From positions 3,040,001-3,104,000 of the forward strand of contig CAWDML010000001.1 in assembly GCA_963803435.1 (NCBI GenBank): DNA of 64,000 nt. Reading direction: 5' to 3'. The stretch is from an uncultured delta proteobacterium. GTDB lineage: Bacteria > Myxococcota > Kuafuiibacteriia > Kuafuiibacteriales > Kuafuiibacteriaceae. Shown here piece after piece: positions 18,169 to 26,747 of this stretch. Under the pieces are notes generated by a model. The model had not been told where the DNA came from, made no database searches, and worked only from the letters and a program-made list of their open reading frames with translations. Every line of letters starts with the position of its first letter. The first letter of the stretch is position 1. Made by a program: the position numbers and the translations under genes.

Positions 18169-20123
18169 AGGATGACGGCGGCGATGGCGATGACCAGCAC
18201 CAGCGCGTACGATTGCACGTTGCCGGTCTGGAGCTTGGAGAGCAGCTTGCCCGAGCCGAGCACGGCATAACCGCTGCCCTTCACGGCCAGGCCGTCGATG
18301 ATCCACGGGTCGACGACGTGGGCGAACGCCGATGCGATGAACCGGAGCGGCTTGATCACGAGATAGTCGTAGACCTCGTCGATGAACCACTTGCCGTAGA
18401 GGGCGCCCTGGATCATCCGGCCGACCCCCGCCCGGGTGAACCGTTCGATCGCCCCGGAGGGCCCCTTTCCGTAGATCAGGTAGCCGAGGAGCAGGCCCGC
18501 GAGCGCCCAGACCACCGACCCCGCCATCAAGCCCCACTCGAGCCCCGACGGCAGCTCCAGCACCGCCATCTCCACGGCCGGCGACAGGAAGTGATCCAGC
18601 CAGGTGGCGGGCGCGTGGACCAGGTGCGCAATCGGGTGCGGCAGGTTCCAGACACCGGCGACGGTGGCGAGCGCGGCCAGCACCACCAGCGGCGCGGTCA
18701 TCGTGGGTCCGGGCGCATGCAGGTGCACCGGGTGGCCCTGCGGGTCCTTCCCGCGGCGCTCACCGAAGAACGTGAGACACACGAGCCGGCTCATGTAGAG
18801 CGCCGTCAGGCCAGCGGCGACGAACCCGATCACCCACAGCGCCAGCTTGTCCTGATACGCGTACCCGAGGATGGCGTCTTTCGAGAAGAAGCCCGAGAAC
18901 GGCGCGATCCCGCAGAGCGCGAGCGTGCTGACCAGGAACGTCCAGTAGACCGCCGGGAGCTCCTTCCGCAGGCCGCCCATCTTTCGCATGTCCTGCTCGC
19001 CGTGGAGCGCGTGGATGATGGCGCCCGAGCCCAGGAAGAGGCAGGCCTTGAAGAACGCGTGCGCGATCAGGTGGAACATCGCCGCCCCGTACGCGCCCAG
19101 GCCCGCGGCGAGGAACATGTAGCCGAGCTGAGAGACGGTGGAGTACGCGAGCACGCGTTTGATGTCGTTCTGCGCCAGCCCGATGGTGGCGGCGAACAGC
19201 GCGGTGGCCGCCCCCACGATCGCGACGACGTTCTGCGCGAAGGGCGCCAGGTCGTAGAGAAAGCCGAGGCGGCAGATCATGTACACACCACCGGTCACCA
19301 TGGTGGCGGCGTGGATGAGCGCGGAGACGGGGGTGGGGCCGGCCATGGCGTCGGGCAGCCAGACGTAGAGCGGGATCTGGGCACTCTTGCCGCAGGCGCC
19401 GAGGAAAAGGGCCAGGCACGCGAAGGTGATGACGGTGCCCGCGGTGTAGCCGGCGAAGATACCGGTCTGGAGAACCTCGCCGGGATCGTGGATGGCGAGG
19501 GCGGCGTCCTTGAGATCGAGGAAGTCGGCAGTCCCGAAGAGGCCGACCAGCGTGAAGATGCCGATGAGGAACCCGAAGTCGCCGATCCGGTTGGTGATGA
19601 ACGCCTTCTTGCCGGCCTTGGCCTTGTCGAGATCCGCGTACCAGAAGCCGATCAACAGGTACGAGGCCAGGCCGACGCCCTCCCATCCGATGAACATGAC
19701 CGGCAGCGAGCGTCCAAGCACCAGCAGGCTCATCGCGAAGATGAAGAGGTTGAGGTACGCGAAGTAGCGCCAGTACCCCGGGTCGTCCTTCATGTACTCG
19801 ACCGAGTAGACATGGATGATGAAACCGACCCCGGTCACCACCAGCATCAGCGCGATGGCAAGCTGGTCCAGACCGATGGCGAGGTCGAAGCGAAAGCGGC
19901 CCACGGCGATCCACTTCCAGGCCACGGCCTCCAGGGGAAGGCCGCCGTTCAGGCAGACCCAGGTCCCGATGCAGGTCACCACGAACGCGCCCAGGACGGT
20001 GCCCAGCGCGATCAGCGTGATCAGTCCCCGCTCCATCCGTGCGCCGAAGAGGCCGAGGATTGCGGCGCCGGTGAGCGGAAGCAGCGGGATGAGGAACAGG
20101 AAGGGGAAGGACACCGTCTCCAT
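18153..20123 (-). CDS. nuoL: NADH-quinone oxidoreductase subunit L (stand-alone)
   Basis: IHVYSVEYM, FIGWEGVGLASYLLIGFW, AFITNRIGD, GKSAQIPLYVWLPDAMAGPTPVSALIHAATMV, YSTVSQLGYM, HAFFKA, QTGNVQSY. Confidence 0.92.
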   Translation of the reverse strand: METVSFPFLFLIPLLPLTGAAILGLFGARMERGLITLIALGTVLGAFVVTCIGTWVCLNGGLPLEAVAWKWIAVGRFRFDLAIGLDQLAIALMLVVTGVGFIIHVYSVEYMKDDPGYWRYFAYLNLFIFAMSLLVLGRSLPVMFIGWEGVGLASYLLIGFWYADLDKAKAGKKAFITNRIGDFGFLIGIFTLVGLFGTADFLDLKDAALAIHDPGEVLQTGIFAGYTAGTVITFACLALFLGACGKSAQIPLYVWLPDAMAGPTPVSALIHAATMVTGGVYMICRLGFLYDLAPFAQNVVAIVGAATALFAATIGLAQNDIKRVLAYSTVSQLGYMFLAAGLGAYGAAMFHLIAHAFFKACLFLGSGAIIHALHGEQDMRKMGGLRKELPAVYWTFLVSTLALCGIAPFSGFFSKDAILGYAYQDKLALWVIGFVAAGLTALYMSRLVCLTFFGERRGKDPQGHPVHLHAPGPTMTAPLVVLAALATVAGVWNLPHPIAHLVHAPATWLDHFLSPAVEMAVLELPSGLEWGLMAGSVVWALAGLLLGYLIYGKGPSGAIERFTRAGVGRMIQGALYGKWFIDEVYDYLVIKPLRFIASAFAHVVDPWIIDGLAVKGSGYAVLGSGKLLSKLQTGNVQSYALVLVIAIAAVILWSVQ

Positions 20124-20309
20124 CGCGCGCGCGGAGCCTAGGTCTGGCCCCGAGGTCGGTCAAGCGGTTCGCTGGCCATCCCCGCGGATTCCGCCGAGGA
20201 TCGCGGTGTCCCGGCGCTCCGGAGCGCGCGTCGCGAGCGCGACGGTACCCGCGACCCGGAGTCCGCACCGTCAATCGGCCGATGCCGATACTAGAGTGGG
20301 ACGCTCAGA

Positions 20310-22322
20310 GTGGTCGGAATGAGGGACGTGGGCTCGAAAAGCCTAGGGGTGGCGGCGCTTTGGAGCATCATGTCGATCTGGGGATGCACGGGATCGCCCA
20401 CGTCCGGCGGTTCGTGTGTCACGAACCAGAATTGTCCCGCCGGCGAGCAGTGTGTCGGCGGTACCTGTGTCGCGGCCCAGGTCGCGGGCTGCAAGAACGA
20501 TAACGCCTGCAACATCGGAGAGTACTGCGATACCGCCGACGGCATCTGCAAGGCCATCGAGGTGGTGGGCTGCGCGACGGATGTGGAGTGCCCCGCGGAC
20601 CAGAAGTGCAACACGCTCACCGGCGTCTGCATCAAGGGTCGCCGCACCTGCTCGGATGAATCGACCTGCACGCCGATCGGCAAGCACTGCAACACGACGG
20701 TGAGCCAGTGCGTCGACTGTGTCGACGCCAGCCAGTGCCCGAGCCCGGACATTTGTCTCCAGGGGACGTGCGTCGATCCGTCGCAGAACCTGTGCACGGA
20801 CGACGACGGCTGCGATCCACCGTCGACGATCTGCACGAACGGCCAGTGCGCCGCCGGGTGCAACCCGGCCAGCTGCCCGCTCGGAAACTACTGCAACGCG
20901 CTCACCGGTCATTGTCAGGAAGGTATGGTCACCTGCGGCGGCGACAACGAGTGCAGCCCACCGGTCGCGATCTGCGAGTCGGGTCAATGCATCCCGGGCT
21001 GCGCGCAGGTCGGCGGCCTGCAGTGCACCGGCGGTTACGTCTGCAATCAGACCTCGGGCCGCTGCGTTCCGCCCTCCGGCTGCGTGAACGACACCGAGTG
21101 CGGTGCGCCCGCGGGCATCTGCGAGTCCAACCAATGCGTGCCCGGCTGCGGTCAGCCCGGCGGGATGAGCTGCGGAACCGGCTCGGTCTGCGACACGGGG
21201 ACCGGCCGCTGCGTCACCGTGCAGGGCCCCTGCTCCCTCGACAGCGAGTGCGGCCCGCCGGCGGGCGTGTGCGAGGTAGGCCAGTGCGTGCCGGGATGCA
21301 GCCAGGTCGGCGGAATCCAGTGCAACGGGAACACCATCTGCAACACCTCGACCGGCCGCTGCGATCCCGGCGGTGCGGTCTGCACCGGTGACAACGACTG
21401 CACGCCGCCCTCCACGATCTGCAACCTCACCACCGGCGCCTGCGACCCGGGCTGCCCCACCACCGGATGTGCCGCGCCCGACGTCTGCAACACGGCGACC
21501 GGCCACTGCTACGACCCCGGCATGATGACCGGAGGCCAGCCGCTCAACGCGAGCTGCTCCGCCAACGCCGACTGCCAGTCGGACCTCTGCTTCAACTTCG
21601 GCGGGAGCATCGGGCAGCGCTGCATCGCCTCGTGCGGCAACAGCGCCGATTGTCCCGCGTCGTTCACCTGCTACGACTATGACGGCGCGCGGATGTGCGT
21701 CTCGAGTCAGCTCTTCCAGAACGCCACCTTCGCCCAGAACCCCGGCCAGAGCTGCTCCGCCGGCGGCGACTGCAAGTCGAACTTCTGTCCCGGGCAGAAC
21801 GTCTGCGTCGAGACCTGCGCCGAGAACAACGACTGCGGCGGCGGCGCCTGCCAGTGGAACCAGTTCGCCACCGATCTCTATATCGGCTCGTGCAACGGCC
21901 CCGCCGGCAACGGCGCCAACGGCGCCAGCTGCAGCTCGAACAATCAGTGTCGCAGCGGCGTCTGCTACGGCAGCGGCATCTGCGGCGATCTCTGCGGCAG
22001 CACCGCCGACTGCCCCGCCAACGACGTCTGCGGCTTCGTGAACTTCAGCGTCTGCACCGCCGACCTCTTCGGCGCGTGCCTGGGATGGGAGCTCAACTTC
22101 GTGAAGGCCTGCGTCCAGAGCGCGCACGGGAACGGTGCCATCGGCACTTCCTGCACCGACGCCAGCGCCTGCCGCGACGGCCTCTGCCACATCGCGCTCT
22201 CTCGCTGCACCGGCGTCTGCTCGCGCAATGCCGACTGCCCCGCCACGGACGTGTGCGGCGTGGAGCAGTACGGCGACCTCGACGGTCAGACGATCTACGT
22301 CAACGTCTGCGTCCCGAAGTGA
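20310..22322 (+). CDS. Extremely Cys-rich repeat lipoprotein (myxobacterial type)
   Basis: Signal peptide ending WGC; repeated ~50-aa CxxDxECxxPxxxCExxQCxPGC...GRC units; start may be the ATG at 20319. Confidence 0.85.
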   Translation: MVGMRDVGSKSLGVAALWSIMSIWGCTGSPTSGGSCVTNQNCPAGEQCVGGTCVAAQVAGCKNDNACNIGEYCDTADGICKAIEVVGCATDVECPADQKCNTLTGVCIKGRRTCSDESTCTPIGKHCNTTVSQCVDCVDASQCPSPDICLQGTCVDPSQNLCTDDDGCDPPSTICTNGQCAAGCNPASCPLGNYCNALTGHCQEGMVTCGGDNECSPPVAICESGQCIPGCAQVGGLQCTGGYVCNQTSGRCVPPSGCVNDTECGAPAGICESNQCVPGCGQPGGMSCGTGSVCDTGTGRCVTVQGPCSLDSECGPPAGVCEVGQCVPGCSQVGGIQCNGNTICNTSTGRCDPGGAVCTGDNDCTPPSTICNLTTGACDPGCPTTGCAAPDVCNTATGHCYDPGMMTGGQPLNASCSANADCQSDLCFNFGGSIGQRCIASCGNSADCPASFTCYDYDGARMCVSSQLFQNATFAQNPGQSCSAGGDCKSNFCPGQNVCVETCAENNDCGGGACQWNQFATDLYIGSCNGPAGNGANGASCSSNNQCRSGVCYGSGICGDLCGSTADCPANDVCGFVNFSVCTADLFGACLGWELNFVKACVQSAHGNGAIGTSCTDASACRDGLCHIALSRCTGVCSRNADCPATDVCGVEQYGDLDGQTIYVNVCVPK

Positions 22323-22334
22323 CGCCGAGCGTCC

Positions 22335-22735
22335 GGAGCGACAGTGAGGCTGTAAGCCGAGTTTTGTGCCCGCCGAAGCGGCGACGACCATTCCTCTAGG
22401 CGCTCCGTTGCCGGAGCGCTCCAGCAGCCTACCCGGATCCTCAGGCGGGCCACCTGTCGGCGCTCTTGCGAGCGTCGCGGATCCCTATTCGGCCTTGCAC
22501 CGGATGGGGTTTGCCGTGCCAGACGTGTCACCACGCCCGCGGTGCGCTCTTACCGCACCGGTTCGCCCTCGCCGCGTCCCCTGCGCCGAAGCACAGGCTG
22601 ATCGGCGGTGTGTTTTCTGTGGCACTGTCCTGCAAGTCACCTTGACTGGCCGTTAGCCAGCATCCTGCCCTTTGGAGCTCGGACTTTCCTCCCGTGGCCG
22701 AAGCCACCGGCGGCCGCCCGCCTCACTGTCGCTCC
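22335..22735 (-). ncRNA. rnpB: RNase P RNA (bacterial type A)
   Basis: Minus strand has GAGGAAAGTCCGAGCTCC near the 5' end and ACAAAACTCGGCTTACAGC near the 3' end; termini pair (GGAGCGACAGTGAGGC / GCCTCACTGTCGCTCC) as helix P1; about 400 nt. Confidence 0.95.
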
Positions 22736-22773
22736 AGACGAACCATCGATAGCGCCTTTGACCCAACCGAGCA

Positions 22774-23280
22774 ATGCCGTCGTATGCTCGCGCCATGCGT
22801 TGGACACTCCCGCTCGCTCTCCTCCTCCTGATCCCGAGCCTCGCGTTCGCCGAGATCACGTTCACGCCCGCGAAGACGTGGAAGGAGTCGACCCCGACCT
22901 CGTCGATGCGAAAGGCCCAGTACGCCGTCGGCGACGCCGAGGTCATCATCTACTACTTCGGCCTGGATCAGGGCGGGAGCGCCGAGCAGAACATCGAGCG
23001 CTGGAAGTCCCAGTTCACCGGCGGTCCCGCGCCCACCGTCGAGAAGAAGAAGTTCGGCCCCTTCGACGCCAGCGTCCTCGACGTCCGTGGCACGTATACA
23101 GTGCCGGATTTCATGCAGAGCAAGACCAAGGAGGAGCCGAAGAAAGGCTGGCGGATGATCGCCGCCGTCCTCGAGACTCCGGAGGGCCGATACTTCGTGC
23201 GCTTGATCGGCCCCGAGAAGACCGTGGAGAACGCCAAGAAGGACTTCGAGGCGTTCCTGAGCTCGGCGAAGAAGACCTAG
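22774..23280 (+). CDS. Hypothetical secreted protein
   Basis: Signal peptide (LAFA), GGSAEQNIERWKSQF, GRYFVRLIGP; start may be the ATG at 22795. Confidence 0.75.
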   Translation: MPSYARAMRWTLPLALLLLIPSLAFAEITFTPAKTWKESTPTSSMRKAQYAVGDAEVIIYYFGLDQGGSAEQNIERWKSQFTGGPAPTVEKKKFGPFDASVLDVRGTYTVPDFMQSKTKEEPKKGWRMIAAVLETPEGRYFVRLIGPEKTVENAKKDFEAFLSSAKKT

Positions 23281-24019
23281 GACCCGTTCCTATTTCGTCT
23301 CGAATCTCGTGGACCAGCTCCTCGTGGATGAGGATGCGGTTGCAGGTGCTGCAGGTCTCGATCGCCGAGTACTTGAGAAGCTCGACCACCAGCTGCGGGC
23401 GGAGGGAGACGTTGCAGCCGCTGCAGTTGCCCTTCTCCGCGACGGCCACCGCGATCCCGTTGCGTCGGACGCGGACCTGCTCGTAGCGCTTCATCACGTT
23501 GTCCGGGATCTTCGCGACCAGCAGGTCCCGCCCGTGCTTCGCCTTCTGCGCGTCGGAGTTGAGCTTGGCCTGGGCGCTGCGGAGCTCCCCGACCTTCGCC
23601 ATGACGTCGGCCTCGCGCTCCCGGAGGTAGGCCTCCTTCGAGGCGATCACCTTCTGCTTGGCCTCCAGCTCGCCCATGATGTCGACGATCCGGTCCTCGA
23701 ACCCCTTGACCTGCCGCTCGGCCATCTCGATCTCGCGAGACAGCGCCTGGTACTCGCGCGGGCTCTTGATGTCGTTGAGGCGGCGCTTCCACTTCTGGAC
23801 CTTGGCGCCGTCCTCGCTGACCTGGCCGTCGAGCGTCTGCTGCTCCTGCCTCAGGGCTTCGGCTTCACCGTTGATCTGGCCGAGGTCGGTTCGAAGGACT
23901 TCGGGTTCACTTTCGAGCTCGGTGATCTTCTTGGGGATCGCGAGCGCACCACGCTCGAACTCGAGCGCGGCGCTGTCGATCTTCTGGAGCTGATAGAGGG
24001 CTACGAGGGTGTCGCGCAC
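23111..24019 (-). CDS. Coiled-coil protein with C4-type zinc ribbon (DUF164/CT398-like)
   Basis: LYQLQKID, long coiled coil, REYQAL, CSGCNV...CSTCNRIL; the tail past ~23300 overlaps the convergent gene and may be an artefact. Confidence 0.85.
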   Translation of the reverse strand: MRDTLVALYQLQKIDSAALEFERGALAIPKKITELESEPEVLRTDLGQINGEAEALRQEQQTLDGQVSEDGAKVQKWKRRLNDIKSPREYQALSREIEMAERQVKGFEDRIVDIMGELEAKQKVIASKEAYLREREADVMAKVGELRSAQAKLNSDAQKAKHGRDLLVAKIPDNVMKRYEQVRVRRNGIAVAVAEKGNCSGCNVSLRPQLVVELLKYSAIETCSTCNRILIHEELVHEIRDEIGTGPRSSSPSSGTPRSPSWRSPRSSRGRSSARSIGPPESRGRRRSSASLSSAPPWSCSA

Positions 24020-24150
24020 AGTGGGAGGCCTCCAAATGTGAGGGCGGAAAGAGTGGAGCGGTGGGGGGAGCAGGAAGGGATGGGACCGCGGGGTCCGTGT
24101 GTCTTTGGTTGGGTTCGTGCTCTTCCTTCAAGCAACGACGTACACCTCAG

Positions 24151-24223
24151 TGGGCCCACCTGGATTCGAACCAGGGACCTATCGGTTATGAGCCGACAGC
24201 TCTAACCGCTGAGCTATGGGCCC
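24151..24223 (-). tRNA. tRNA-Ile2 (CAU anticodon, lysidine type)
   Basis: GGGCCCATAGCTCAGCGGTTAGAGCTGTCGGCTCATAACCGATAGGTCCCTGGTTCGAATCCAGGTGGGCCCA folds as a cloverleaf; acceptor stem is Ile2-like, not fMet-like; CCA not encoded. Confidence 0.88.
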
Positions 24224-24310
24224 CGACCCAGGGGGCCAGACCTACGCCTTCGATCCTGATGCGTCAAGGGAACGGATCTCGCCTAGGGCGCGCCCCTAGA
24301 GGAGCGCGCA

Positions 24311-24904
24311 TCAAGCGCGGAGATCGCCCGTTCGCTCGGTGAGCGCGCGTCGCTTCGTCTCGATCTGCTCCATCAACGCCGCCCGCACCGCGTCCTTGTC
24401 CTCGTTTCCTGCGAGCGCCGCCGCTGCTCTATTCAATAGATCGATGTCCCGCTCTGTCCGGCTCTGGATGGCATCGCAGGCCACCTCGAGCGCCTCCAGC
24501 ACCTCCTTGAACTCGTCGCCCCTGCGGAGCCGACGGATCTGAGGGACGCGGCCGTCCGAGAGCGACAGCAGGTAGCGACGGAACACGTAGATGGGACCGG
24601 CCATCCGGTGCGTGATGAAGACGCCGATGAAGAAGATGAGGATGTTGAAGATGACGAGCGCCCCGACCATCATCAGGACCATCTGCGCGTCCGCGTCCGC
24701 GAGCTGCGCCTGGAAGGCAGCGTCGAGGTCCGCCTCGAGCTGCAGCATCCGTGAGTTCTCCCGCATCTGATCCACGAGGAAATAGCCGAGCCCGCTGGAA
24801 ATGATCGACGACATGGCGACGAGCATGAAGCAGTACTTGAGCTGGAACCGCGCGTTCAGCAGCAGGTTCGTCATACGACGATTGTGTCTTCCTCCGTCGT
24901 TCAC
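24311..24904 (-). CDS. Membrane protein with two TM helices and a HAMP-like domain
   Basis: RFQLKY, two hydrophobic helices, ITHRMAGPIY...LRRGDEF. Confidence 0.75.
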   Translation of the reverse strand: MNDGGRHNRRMTNLLLNARFQLKYCFMLVAMSSIISSGLGYFLVDQMRENSRMLQLEADLDAAFQAQLADADAQMVLMMVGALVIFNILIFFIGVFITHRMAGPIYVFRRYLLSLSDGRVPQIRRLRRGDEFKEVLEALEVACDAIQSRTERDIDLLNRAAAALAGNEDKDAVRAALMEQIETKRRALTERTGDLRA

Positions 24905-24907
24905 GAC

Positions 24908-25678
24908 TCATCCCCCGATCTGGGCCATCGAATCCTGGATCGCCTTGTTAACGGCTGCCTCGAGCAACTTGAGTTGCAATCTTATCAGACTCGGACCGGC
25001 AACCTTGGCGCGCGCACTGGCGCGGGCCGACATCACGTGACGCAAATTGTTGTCGGGCCAGGTCGCGATGGCGATCTTCACGCCGACCGTCACCTGGCTC
25101 GCGCCCGCATCGCCGGGCGTCACCGAGAGCTCCGACACGCTCCCTTTCATGTGGTAGCCGCTCCCGTTGCGGTCGCCCACCACGTAGCGCCCGAGGGCCG
25201 CCGTCTGGAACCCGCGCTCGAGGCCGCTCCGCAGCGCCTGTTCGAGCTCGTCCGAGGACGACACACCCGGCACACGGTCCGTGCTGATCACCAGCACCGC
25301 CTTCGACGTGCTCAGCTTTCCCAGGGCTTCCTTCGCCTGCTGGCGCACGAACTCGTCAGGATCGGCCATCGCCCGGTGAAGCGCCGCCTCGCCGCGCGGA
25401 TCGCTGAGCCCGCCCAGCGCGGCGCACGCCATACCGCGCACCAGGTGCTCTTCGTCCTCGGTCGCCGCCGTCGAGAGCGCGGCCATGATCTCGTCGGTGG
25501 GCCGCTCCTTGGTCTTCTCCAGCGTCTTGAGCAGGACCCGGATCGCCTGCATCCGCACCTTGTAGGCTGAGTCGGTCCGGATGACCCGGATCAGCTTGCT
25601 GTGCTCATCGCCGGCCTCGGCGCCCGCGCCGAAGATCGAGAACGCGACCAGTCCCGCGATGAGCCCGACCCATCTCAC
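24908..25678 (-). CDS. Exported HEAT-repeat protein
   Basis: Signal peptide, DSAYKVRMQA, EEHLVRGMACAALG, DPDEFVRQQAKEAL. Confidence 0.75.
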   Translation of the reverse strand: MRWVGLIAGLVAFSIFGAGAEAGDEHSKLIRVIRTDSAYKVRMQAIRVLLKTLEKTKERPTDEIMAALSTAATEDEEHLVRGMACAALGGLSDPRGEAALHRAMADPDEFVRQQAKEALGKLSTSKAVLVISTDRVPGVSSSDELEQALRSGLERGFQTAALGRYVVGDRNGSGYHMKGSVSELSVTPGDAGASQVTVGVKIAIATWPDNNLRHVMSARASARAKVAGPSLIRLQLKLLEAAVNKAIQDSMAQIGG

Positions 25679-25679
25679 T

Positions 25680-26747
25680 CTAGGCAGATGCCGCGGCGCC
25701 TTCCTTGGTCCAGGTCTTCTGACCGTCGCGGGCCATCCGAGCGGCCAACCGCAGCGCTTCGATCATGCTCCTCGCCGAAGCGATGCCGCGCCCGGCGATG
25801 TCGTAGGCCGTCCCGTGATCCACGCTGGTTCGGATCACCGGGAGGCCCAAGGTCACGTTCACGGCGCGATCGAAGTCGAGCAGCTTGATCGGGATGAGCG
25901 CCTGGTCGTGATACATCCCGATCACGACGTCGAACTCGCCCGAGACCGCGCGGTGGAAGACCGTGTCGGCGGGAAAGGGACCCGACACGCCGATCCCGTC
26001 TCGGCGCGCCTCCTCGATCGCCGGCACCAGCTCCTCGCGCTCTTCGCTGCCGAACAGCCCGCCCTCCCCCGCGTGAGGGTTGAGGCCGGCCACGGCGATC
26101 CTCGGCTTGTGCCGCGAGAAGTGCCGGCGGAAGGCGTCATCGGTCACCCGAATCGCGTAGAGCACGCGGGCCCGGGTCACCTGCGCGGGCACGTCCACGA
26201 GCGGGATGTGCGTGGTCAGCGGCACCACCTTCAAGGTCGGTCCCGCGAGCATCATCATCGGGACCCACCGCTCGCCGTCGCTTCGCGGCCGGTACCGGGT
26301 GCTGAGGTCGGCGAGCATCTCGGTGTGCCCGGTCCAGGGCGCACCGGCCCGGGACATCGAGGCCTTGCTGAGCGGCGCTGTCGCGATCGCATCGACCAGC
26401 CCGCCGACCACAGCCTCGAACGCCCGCTCGATGTACGTCACCTGCGCCGCGTCGGAGGCCGGCGTCGGGACGCTCCAGGCGAAGGCGTCCAGCCTGGAGA
26501 TCGGCACCACCGGGAGTCGATCGATGGCCTGATGCTCGCGCGCGTCTTCGACCCGTACCTCGACGATCTCGAGATCCATGGTGGCGTCGCGGGCAGCGCG
26601 GGTCAGGACGTTCGGATCACCGAACACGACCAGGTCGGCGTCCCCTCGGACATCGGGCACGCTCGCCGCCTTCACGGTCACCTCTGCGCCGATGCCGGCC
26701 GGGTCCCCCATCGTGATCGCGAGGAGCGGGCGATCGGTCGAGCTCAC
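25680..26747 (-). CDS. pdxA: 4-hydroxythreonine-4-phosphate dehydrogenase
   Basis: ITMGDPAGIGAE, TAPLSK, GHTEML, GLNPHAGE, ADTVF, MYHDQ, TLGLPVIRTSVDHGTAYDIAG; GTG at 26747. Confidence 0.95.
   Translation of the reverse strand: MSSTDRPLLAITMGDPAGIGAEVTVKAASVPDVRGDADLVVFGDPNVLTRAARDATMDLEIVEVRVEDAREHQAIDRLPVVPISRLDAFAWSVPTPASDAAQVTYIERAFEAVVGGLVDAIATAPLSKASMSRAGAPWTGHTEMLADLSTRYRPRSDGERWVPMMMLAGPTLKVVPLTTHIPLVDVPAQVTRARVLYAIRVTDDAFRRHFSRHKPRIAVAGLNPHAGEGGLFGSEEREELVPAIEEARRDGIGVSGPFPADTVFHRAVSGEFDVVIGMYHDQALIPIKLLDFDRAVNVTLGLPVIRTSVDHGTAYDIAGRGIASARSMIEALRLAARMARDGQKTWTKEGAAASA

Noticed and set aside
24151-24223. tRNA-Met or initiator call for the CAU tRNA, and use as an integration site
   Set aside because: The 1-72 pair is intact and the anticodon stem lacks the three G-C pairs of fMet; the sequence is Ile2-like; no integrase or att duplication nearby
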